DNA of 48,832 nt, filler included, from Bipalium vagum (taxonomy: Eukaryota), in NCBI GenBank assembly GCA_037834085.1. It is 3 parts of 3 records of this genome, joined end to end, with 100 filler letters (N's around TTAATTAATTAA, not from the genome) between each part and the next. Parts side by side here need not be neighbours in the genome. Positions count along the whole stretch, not along the records: positions 32,191 to 48,832 come from JBBMKC010100775.1; 2 more parts are not named here. One strand, 5' to 3'. Shown here one piece after another: positions 39,701 to 48,832 of the stretch. Position 1 is the first letter of the stretch, and each line of letters begins with the position of its first letter. The notes below the pieces were generated by a model that did no database searches, was not told the origin of the DNA, and saw nothing but the letters and a program-made list of their open reading frames with translations. The position numbers and the translations under genes are program-made.

Positions 39701-41284
39701 CAATAAATAAACCGCCTTTTAACCAAGTCTAAACATTATCGAACATTTGAAAATTGATTAGAAAAGATGCTTGATTAATTAATTATATCTGATCGGATTT
39801 TCGAACGAAAAATATCAAAAAATAATCATGAGATCAACTGAGAGATCAGTTTCAAATCAAATTTACGTTGATTCAAAATCGATTTGCATTAGTAAATTGA
39901 CAGAAATTTAAAGCTTACTTTGATTCCGAAGAATTAGAGATTATTGTGAAAGAACTATTGGTATTTAGATCTTTTTTAACGTGACAAATTGCAATTAAAA
40001 TCAATTTGAATGAGAAAACTGTTCCCAATATTGAAAAATTATCTGACGAGGTTCAAAAAAATGAGCTATCTCTTGTTCGTTCTGGTAACCTCAATTACAA
40101 AGACTCATTTCACAATCAATGAAAACTTTAATGAAATAACTAGCGTGAAAATTGTTTTACAATCAATAGTAATAACATCATTGAGCAAAGAGATGATGAG
40201 AAACAGCTTTAAGCCATTTGAACAAGGCTAAATTGAATAAGAAGATCGATATTTGGCCAGATCACAAAAATCAGAGATCATGCCCACTTTATTAAATAAA
40301 TTATCTCGACGACACGAATACAACATGGACCAAACAGATGAAGTACCAATTATAAGGTTAATTCTTTCCTTTTAAAACCACAAAGTTATACTAAGAAAAC
40401 GGTCTTATTTTCCAAATTGTAGAACGTATGTAATCGAAAAGGAAAAAAAATTCATTTTTAATAAAGTTCACTTAGAATTTGTTAAAAATGCATCGCGTTT
40501 AATCACAATGATCCCGATACTCACCCAAATTTAATTTTACCAGAAATTTCATAATGTTAAAGATTGTTAAAGCTTCTCAAATTTAAGTGAAAAATGAAAG
40601 AATGTTAACCACCAATCGATAATTATTGAATTATTTTACGAATTTATTTTACAGAACATGCAAAATCAATCAATAACAAGATGGTTACTGTTGAAGCTTG
40701 ATGTTTTCGTAAGAATTGCGGACGTATAGCGCACTCTGCAAATACTGAATCGCAGGTTGAATGATGTAAGCCTGTGAAAATTAAATGCATTATAATGATG
40801 AAACAAAATTTTATCGGCAAAACGATGAAAGCCTGATTAAAGGAAAATGCATTTAATATTAATAAAAGTGAATCTTAATAGTCCATAAATCAAAAAAAAT
40901 AGTTAATTTTTTAAAAAACGCCAACTTGCATTTCATTTATTTCACCTTTGTTATTATAAAAATAATCAACAAAATAAAACACCTTGTACAAATAAGAATG
41001 TTGTTGGACATTGAAAGAAGTGTCATAATGAGGATATATATTCAAATTAGATAAATGCCGTTTTTTACGCCTGGATTTAGTAGCATCCTGTGCTACACTT
41101 ATTCCACTCTGCCATGAAAAAGCAGTATAAATTAGAAAAGCAATAACATTTCGTTTACCTTATCATGTGCTATATCCAAGGAACATTTATTATAAATTGG
41201 TTCGAAAGGATAACTACAGATCAAATAAATACCATGCATGCATAGTATTATAATAAATAATAAAATACATGAAGTTATACTGAT
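33736..41284 (-). CDS. LMLN: Leishmanolysin-like peptidase / invadolysin (peptidase M8), multi-exon, C-terminal exons not found
   Basis: Phase-consistent GT-AG exons: 41159-41284, 40983-41108, 40689-40771, 39136-39259, 38769-38938, 38109-38544, 37579-37655, 37389-37499, 34163-34382, 33918-33987, 33736-33866. Contains a hydrophobic signal-like N-terminus, TDFILYI, LAYASSCQSEARLDRPIAGSINFCP, the zinc motif KHELLHALGF, AREYFNC..LMGVELEDQGG..LTHWEKRILE, Met-turn NDIMT, SRITLALMYDTGWY, WGKNLGCDF, ANYCPY and GAGCYK, all characteristic of M8/LMLN. Confidence 0.93.
34497..35761 (-). mobile_element. maT (DD37D, Bmmar1-like) transposon, both ends present but decayed, in an LMLN intron
   Basis: TA-flanked TIRs CCGGGTGCGGAATAAAAATCGC and CTGGGTGCAGAATACAAATTGC. 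HTH ORF 35329-35613 (ERQPGSGRPRS), ILFSDEKIFTVD, and FTQ[Y]GCPCH...WSPNSPDINPLD with exactly 37 residues between the second (mutated D to Y) and third catalytic positions. Confidence 0.88.
36259..37300 (-). mobile_element. Decayed mariner element with both TIRs, in an LMLN intron
   Basis: TA-flanked TTAGGCATAGAAATAAATTCCCATC and TTAGGTATGGATATTAGTTCTCTTA. Remnants TCREWYRRFKIGDFSVED, ILDRIITGDD, LPERWSKVVATNGKYFD. Confidence 0.8.
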
Positions 41285-42279
41285 CTAAAATGAAAAAAAT
41301 TCTTAAATAAGAAATCAAATTAGTTAAAGTAATATAATTATAAAATTAAATATAAAAAATTAATGATTTGAAAATTATAATTATGGGGAATAAATATAAA
41401 CAAAAATGTCTTAAATAAAATAGTTAAGCAAAAAGATATTAAAATAAATAATCTGTCTTGTAGTTCCACTACTATCCACAATCTCTGAACAAGATTCTGA
41501 TAATTAAACTAATATTTTTAAAAGAATTTATCATAATTAGGCAATGAAACAGAAATAAAGAACATTGATATTTTGTCAATATGAAGAATCAAACTCAAAG
41601 TTATGAATTCTAATCAAATAATTTTGGGTCAATATTATTTAGAACAACTAATCATATCTTTGCTAGCTAAGTATTATTCTCTCCAAAAACTTTTTTACAA
41701 TAAAGAATAACAATGAGAAATAAAATTAGAAAAGAAACGATTTTAGAATGTAGTAAAATGATTATTAATGAAAGTAATAGAAAATTAAACAGAAAAATAG
41801 TAAAAGGTATTCCATAAAAATAGATAATAATGAAAAATATTAAAAGCAGAGGAGTAGTATGACCAGACTTTGCAAACAGGACCCCAAAGCATTTTTTTAA
41901 TATTTGTTTACTTTTTTATTTTTCATATTTTTTATAAAAAATAATGTGAAGAAAAAATAACAAAAATATAACAAGTCAAATTTTCTATTAATAAATGAAT
42001 TTTTTGGGCTTGCCAAAGGCACAAACCGTGATGTTTGCAATAATAATAATAATAACTTATTTTTCGCTGCTCTTGTTAGCTCTATTGTCTGTCTAAACAC
42101 TAAAGATTTAACCTTTGTACCAAGTGAAAGGACATCGAAAAAGCCTCGTGAGACGAATTCTAGATATAAAATAATATAAATAGTTATTGATTTATATACA
42201 AGATATGATGTTCCTTAATTTAATTTTAATTTAATTTTTTTTTAAATTTAATTTTAATTTTTAATTTTAATTTTTCTAA

Positions 42280-42715
42280 AATAACATTCTAATTCTTCTA
42301 AACTTTCCTCAAAATCTTTCCCAGTAAAAGTTAATATAAAACGTATAAAGATACTTATCAACAGTATTCCAAATCTGTTTCAATTTGAAAATCAAATTTA
42401 TTGTACTCTTTAACATGTTTTTCTAAATCTTCAAGTGGACGTAAACCATAATAACCAAAATACAATTTTTTATAATATCCAATCCAATTAATTCCTTTTT
42501 GATTAAAATTTTGATAGTTAATAATTAAAGGAATTTCAGGTTTATTCTTTTTTTCTGTTACTGCATCTTTCATTAAAACTTTTAGAGGAAATTCCAAACC
42601 TTCAGACATATCAAATAAATCAAAATGTGTTGTTGAGTTTATTCCATATTTACATAAAAATTCTAAAAGAAAAGGAGTTTTATTTTTTTTAAATCGAGAA
42701 GAATTCTTACTAATT
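42280..42715 (-). pseudogene. Polinton/Maverick (adintovirus-type) adenain-like cysteine protease pseudogene
   Basis: STTHFDLFDMSEGLEFPLKVLMKD...IINYQNFNQKGINWIGYYKKLYFGYYGLRP...YNKFDFQ....EYC*. This matches the peptidase C5-like pattern (IIN...GxHW...YFDSxGxxP...YN...Q...CG), with single-base lesions: His to Asn (AAT), Asp to Gly, and CG to C-stop (TGT TGA). Confidence 0.75.
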
Positions 42716-42792
42716 TTTTTTAAAAATTTGGGAAAAAAATATTTTTGGGAAAATTTTATGTTTTGAAAACTTTTTGAGTTGGGAAAATATTT

Positions 42793-43325
42793 TTAATCTT
42801 TCTCATAAGGATCGAAATATAAACCTTTTCCTTATTTAACAATTTTAATTTTATTTTTGATAAGTTTACCTATTAATTCCTTTAACTCTTTTCTTTCAGA
42901 TTTCTGTAAACTTTTATATTCAGAACTATTTAAAATTTTTTCTCTTAATCCTTTTCCAAAATAAGGATCGAAAAAAAGTCCAGCTCCGGTTGTGGAAGCT
43001 TCGATCGGTTTTCGTTTATCGATTTCTGTTTGTAATTTCTTTTTTTCTAATTCAATCTTTTCCTTCTCTGCATTATTTTTTGCTGCTTCTTAAAGTTTTG
43101 TACAGCTGTTGCTACTCCACCTGAAACTCCACCAGCTACCAGAATTGGAATTAATGAAAGAACGCCACCTGATTTTTTTTCTTTGGTTTGATTATTAACT
43201 TGTTATTTAATTTTATTAATTATTTTCTTGGAGAAGTAATATTTTTCTCAATTAAAAGTTATGTATTTTGGTTTTCCTACTTCTATAATATTTTGTAAAT
43301 TTTGTTCTGTTATTTCGTTTTTCAT
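42793..43325 (-). pseudogene. Polinton/adintovirus core protein pseudogene resembling adenovirus protein X (pX/mu)
   Basis: ATG 43325 ... KEKKSGGVLSLIPILVAGGVSGGVATAVQ (frameshift) EAAKNNAEKEKIELEKKKLQ...TTGAGLFFDPYFGKGL...*GKGLYFDPYEKD*. A basic-GG-hydrophobic LIP segment plus repeated GxGLY/FxxPY motifs, immediately upstream of and co-oriented with the protease. Confidence 0.65.
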
Positions 43326-43499
43326 TTTTTACGAAAAAATTGAAAAAATAAGGATAATTTTAAGAATGATCATATGCATTTTTTTAAATTTATTTTTTGA
43401 TATAATTATTAATAATCATAAACAATATTCTTTATAATTTTTAATATAATTTTGTGACAATTATATTGATTGTTTTCAATTCAGTTGCTATTAATCTTA

Positions 43500-46400
43500 G
43501 GAGATACCTTATTCAGAAAACCAGTTATAATAAAATCTTGAAAAAATTTGTGAAAATATAATAGGACCTATTGAACAAGTTAATCGATTTTCTTTGGAAC
43601 CTTCATTATTGTACAAAAAACAAATAGATAACCTTCTTCCAACAATAGAAATCGCCGACATTCCAACAGCATTAAAAACATTGGAGAATACAAAAGATAT
43701 CATTGAAGAAATGATATCTCTTTTTAATGAAGAAGGAATACAACGAAAATATGATGCACTTTTTTCTGAAGTCGCAAAAAAGGAAAACTAAGAAGATCTA
43801 TTAAAGAAGAAAGGTAAAAAATTTAGATCATTGGTAGAGAAAGCACTGTCACATGATCTGACCGTTTGATCTAAGAAAAGCTTGAAACACTGTTCTTATT
43901 ACAATGCATTGGAGATGAGGAGGTCACACGAGAGGTTAGAATGCGAAGGCTGAAGAAAGGAAGCGAAATTAAAGATTTGATGAGATTGATGACCGACATC
44001 AAAGAAAAAGAAAAGAAAAAGTTGGTGAATGCAGTAAGGAGTTACAGAGATATTGTTACAAGGTAGCACAAAATCATGACACCAGAATACCCTCATTTAA
44101 AGGAAGAAAAATAGCAAGAAAAAATATTAAATGTTATGGATGTAATAAGGATGATGGATGTTTAGCTTGTAGCTGTACGGCAAGAAAACAAATTCAATTC
44201 TGAACCTGTTCGAGTCAGGGTCACATTAGCAGGAATTGTCCAAAAAAGAAACCTCAAGTATGCTTCGGATTTCAGAGAGAGGTTCATATTAGGAGAAATT
44301 GTCCAAATATAAAGTGTAAGCGGTGCAACAGGAAAGGGCATAGTGAAAGGGAATATTATACGAACCTTCACGGTGGTAGGATCTTTCTAGCACAGAGAAT
44401 CAGAGGTCCAGAAAACGTTTATAGAAGGAATAATTTAAATGTATTAGAAGAGGAAGTTGACTGGTCGAATACAAAGAAGAGCAAAGATGGGGATTTAGTA
44501 GGAGCCTTATATTAAACGTCGACAACGATGATTCCCAAAGGGGAGCCCGGTGCAAAGAAGAAGAGTGGGCAAGGGTGTGGAAATTCATGAAGAAAGACTT
44601 TAGTGATGTGGAGAATGATGAAGAGGTGGGAGCTGTGATTGAAGGAGGGGATTTCTTTATAACAGACAGAGTGATGAACGGAAGACCAAGTATGGCGGTA
44701 GAGATTCAAGGACAAAGACTCGAATGCTAATTAGATACGTGAGGTGGGGTTAGTGTAATGAGTAGGAAAATTTTGAATAAGTTTATAGACGTGGAAGTAG
44801 TTAGAAGTAATGGCAGATTAAGGTATGCGAACAATAGCCAATTGGAAATAGTAGGAAAATGCTCAATTTTGGTGAGAGTAGGAAATGAGTCAAAACTGGT
44901 GAACTTTCAGTAGTAGAGCAAGTCACACTGGATTTAATCGGCGGAATAAATCTCCAGAAGGTATTCAGATTCAGGTTGGTTAAAGAGAATGCCGGGCAGA
45001 TCAAAACTGTTGAAATGGAAAGAGAAGAATCATATATGTGTAATATTGAAGGGAAGTTTGGTAATGAAGTTAAGGAAGGGGAGCGTTTTAAGAGAACAGT
45101 AGAGCTAACAGGCTTGACAAACAACAAGCAGCTGGTGCATATCGGGACAACAGGAGAACCGATTAATCTTAAGTCGTTTATTAAAGGAGCAATGGTCTAT
45201 CTGGACGACATATTAGTGTTTACGGGGACTGAAAGTGAGCATTATAAGGGTCTGAACGAAAAGTGTCATTTGCTGAAAGAGGAAATAAAGTTCTTGGGTC
45301 ATGTGGTGAATAGAAAGGGGGTAAAGACAGATCCTTCAAAGTTGGAGGCGACTAAAAATTTCGAAAAGCCAAAATGTGTAAAAGGATTGAGAAGCTTTTT
45401 ATGGATCTGTAACTATTAGAAGATTTATAAAAGAATACTCAAAAAGATCTAGGCCCTTGGAGAGAGCGTGTGGAAAGAGTGAGAAAAATTTAATATGAAC
45501 ACTTGAGATAGAAGAAGCGTTCAAGGAGATGAAAAAACTATTAACATCAAGTCCCTTATTTGTTTCCCCGATATTAAGAAGGAAATTATTCTAGATACAC
45601 ATGAGAATTTTGATTCAATAGGAGCAGTTCTGTCTCAACTGGACGAAAATAGAAAGTAACGAGTGATATCATATGGCTCTCACGCCATGAGCAGCCATGA
45701 AATTGGGTACTGTAATACTCGAAAGGAATTGCTGTCCATTTATTACTTTTGCAATCACTTTCAGCATTATTTATACGATAGGAGGTTCAGACTGAGAACG
45801 GACCATAAAGCAATCACCTTCATGATGAGTACGAAGAAGCCGATCACGTCGCAATTCCAAACGTGGATTAATTACTTGAACAGTCTTGACATTAAGTTCG
45901 AATACAGGAAGGTTTCGATACATATAAACGTAGATTTGTTATCTAGTCCGAGATGCGAAACATGTAGTCACTGCCAATTAGCGCATGATAAGGCGAAGAA
46001 GGGAAAGATGAAAGTCAAGATGTTGGATGTAATATAAAGATGCAGAAAAGAACTTGATATGGCATGTTCATAGATTGTTGGCCCATGTAGGTACTGAGAA
46101 GGTTGTGAAATATATGAAGGGAAAACATGATATAAATGGTTTGTGGAGTAAAATACGGAGGGTATTGTCAGGATGCGAAGCATGTCAGAATCATAAAGTG
46201 GTTACATCAGCGACAAAAGAGGCCACAGTGAAATTGGAAGCATCCGAAATCCTTGAGAACATTTATGTTGATATTTGCGGTCCGTTAACGGAAACCAGGA
46301 GGAAGAAAAAGTACATCCAAGGCACAATAGATCAGTACAGCAAATATATCTGTTTAACTGCGGTAGCAAGGCAGGACAAAGAGAAAATTATAGAGGTGAT

Positions 46401-46860
46401 AAAAAAGTTTGGTTTTCAAGTTTGGTAGTCCCAAGACTATCAATGTGGATTGCGCAAAAACATTTGATTCAAAGTAGATGGCAGAGTTTGCGAAAGTATA
46501 AATTCAGAACTGCGGTTCTCAAGCCCTTACCACCATAACACTAATGGCCAGATTGAACGAAAATTTAGAACTATTAAGGAGAGACTGAATGCAGCTAGAG
46601 AAACAAGGGAAGGAAGGATTGGGAGGAACTATTGCCAGAGGACAAGTTCTCATTGAATGCAACAACGCAGAAGACGACAGGAAGAAGCCCCGCAGAAATT
46701 ATTTTTGGCTGGCGCATAGACCGAGATAGATGGTATCTGTCGAGAGAGTAGGTGGATAGAACGGAAGTGGAATCGATGACGAAAAGGAATTTTGAAGATG
46801 GTGACGAAGTCCTGGTCAAAGTGGAAACGAGGAACAAGAACCAGCAAAGATACGAAAATA
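43500..46860 (+). mobile_element. Decayed Ty3/Gypsy LTR retrotransposon internal region (gag-PR-RT-RNaseH-INT); LTRs not identified
   Basis: Gag zinc knuckles 44130-44360, protease remnant C*LDT*GGVSVM ~44725, RT YLDDILVF and IKFLGHVV, RNase H IGAVLSQ...YCNTRKELLSI...FRLRTDHKAI, integrase HHCC (HRLLAH...CEAC), ENIYVDICGPL and SSPYHHNTNGQIER. The RT-RH-INT order indicates Gypsy. Visibly more G-rich than the flanks. Confidence 0.92.
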
Positions 46861-47284
46861 TATTAATATTCACATTCTCATATTTCTATAAATTCTAATT
46901 TTAAATTTATATCCTTAAAATATTTTTTGTTTTCTGTTGAGTTAGCCAAGGACACATTCCTGTTAACCCTTGTAAAGTTAAAGACCGAAAAGGGTCAGGG
47001 GTAAAATAATAAAAACATTTTTAGTGAAAATTTTTCCCATAAATGAAAAAAAGGTCCAAATAGATATAATCAATGTAAAAATCAGTTATAATTACTCATT
47101 GTGAATTATCTTGTACTAAAATGTCATTTTTAATTTATTATAAAATAGGTGTTAACAATGTAAATCAATGATTCTAAAAACAGACAAATGTTATAAAGAA
47201 CCGTTTTATAATAAAATTCCCAATTGGTTGAAATCAAAAGAAAAAATACACACAAAGATCTATATTCTTTCATAAATATAAGCA

Positions 47285-48757
47285 TCAAAGACCTTTTCGG
47301 AATTTTCCATACTCTGAAATGTGCAATAACATGGCAACCTGAAATCTCAATTTGCTGATGTCGGACAATCGAGAAGTGATGTAATTTTTATTGATGATGT
47401 ACATTCCGAAAATTGGGAAACTGGGAACAACGGGCACCTGAAATAAATAATCAAAATCAAAAGGAAACATTACGAAAATGAAAAAATAAACAAAAACCGT
47501 TAAGAAATCGTCATCGAAGTAATGAAAGGTTTTTGTTTCTGGATTGAACACAATTCTTTCCAGGAAAATATCTAATCGGCCTTTGAAAAGACTTTGCTGA
47601 TCAGTTTGGTTACCATTCTTTGAAAGATCCAAAAAATGAGGCCATCCAACAAGTATCTCGTTGACCAAGTTAGAATCCTTATCAATTACCATCAGAGGGT
47701 TGGATTCATCTTTCTGGAACTGTAATAATATTATTGATAATTACGATTCCATGAAAATAATGATTAAAATATTTTTCTACTTAATTTTAATACTAATTTT
47801 ATTGATAATCAGTCAATAATCTAATGTCAATTCAAATAATGTTAATTTATAATTATGGCAGGTAATCGTGAAAATTGATTCATAATCGCTTAGAAAAAAC
47901 AGAAGATTCAAATCCCATTATGTTTTAAGTGGTCAGAAAATCAGTTTTATAAATCTTCAAATTTTAATCCTCTATAAGAAAATATAAAGATAATGGATGA
48001 AAATAAAATGCAATCTGTTGGCATGTCAAAATATTTCCTCTTGTAAAAAATACTAATTTAACAAAGAAATTAATAAAAAATACTATTAAATATTTGTAAA
48101 AAACTATTGATCACTCTGAGACTAACTAATTTGTAAATTGAAACAAAAATATTGCCAAAAGTTGGCCGAAAATTAAAAAAAAACTTTTTCCTACAGGCAA
48201 ATAGCCGAGAGTTAACGAAAGTACTGACCTGTTCGGAATTGTGCTGTTGACGAAGAACCTTTTGAAAAAATGGCACTAAAGCTTTTTTGCATTCCTCTAT
48301 TTGAAAAATTATTTGTCCGGTAAAATTAATCCTGGTAGCACTATTCAAATGCGGACTTTGATGACTGAAGAAGGAGCAAATGAGCATAACATTGAAGAAA
48401 TTCCCTCGACTGTCGCATCTTTCGAATATAATTTCTTTGTTATCTTTGATGCTTTGTGGAGAAAAATAAGTGTCTTTGAGGATCTCGGAATCCCACGTTT
48501 CCAAAAAAATCGGAATGGCAGCTAAGCGGACAAAGGTCACCTGTCGACACTCGAAATTTTTTCTGAATGCCGTTACTGTTGATTTGTTCTTTGGAAAGTG
48601 GAACAAATTGTTGATTTCTACTTTAAGTATAACTTTCAGGCCCATAATTCGCACTCTGGCTGCTTGAGACGAAAGACGTTCCAACAAAATTACAGGAAAA
48701 GCCGATAGTATATCTATACATGTTTTATTCCGATGGTCATCTTGAATTGGAGGTTGC
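47285..48757 (-). CDS. 3' exons of an unidentified multi-exon protein-coding gene continuing beyond the window
   Basis: Exons 48229-48757 (donor GTCAGT), 47498-47719 (acceptor attacag) and probable terminal exon 47285-47437 (acceptor tttcag), phase-consistent. Long open frames and less AT-rich than the introns. No family recognised with confidence. Confidence 0.65.
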
Positions 48758-48832
48758 CTTTATTATGGAAAAATTTTTAATGTTTATTAAATCAATAAAT
48801 TAAAAAATAAAACCATTCAAATTATAATAAAC

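Noticed and set aside
39640-40500. Possible decayed TE in an LMLN intron (ORF 40010-40231)
   Set aside because: No recognisable motif or termini.
46963-47004. TTAACCCT... short inverted repeat resembling a piggyBac end
   Set aside because: Only ~10 bp of imperfect match and no associated transposase.
1-48832. Prokaryotic systems, rRNA/tRNA genes or an alternative genetic code
   Set aside because: Host exons read through with the standard code and spliceosomal introns. In-frame stops occur only in TE/viral relics alongside frameshifts. No RNA gene was recognisable by eye (tRNAscan/Infernal not run).

Overview
Very AT-rich eukaryotic (metazoan invertebrate) genomic DNA with spliceosomal introns. 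It is compatible with a flatworm such as a planarian, but the taxon cannot be proven from this window. Most short ORFs in the track are exon pieces, TE debris or noise. Four intron-containing host genes can be reconstructed, all on the minus strand: a QRICH2/C16orf96 (DUF4795) family gene (~1618-16065), a fragment of an N/Q/S/P-rich low-complexity gene (30234-30925), a leishmanolysin-like/invadolysin M8 metallopeptidase (33736-41284) and an unidentified gene running off the right end (47285->48757). Introns and intergenic DNA are packed with decayed Tc1/mariner-superfamily elements (mariner DD34D, Tc1, Tc3-like, maT DD37D, DD37E-like, pogo/Tigger, MITEs), including a three-level nest. There is also a decayed Ty3/Gypsy retrotransposon (~43500-46860). 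The two most interesting signals are (i) a decayed Polinton/Maverick (adintovirus-like) virion-maturation cassette, an adenovirus protein X-like core protein next to an adenain-type cysteine protease (42280-43325), and (ii) an invadolysin signal-peptide exon that starts at a strong splice acceptor with no Met at its start, as expected if a flatworm spliced leader ending in AUG supplies the start codon. Two 100-bp assembly gaps with a TTAATTAATTAA linker interrupt the region and probably hide gene ends. All splice models are manual and need RNA confirmation.
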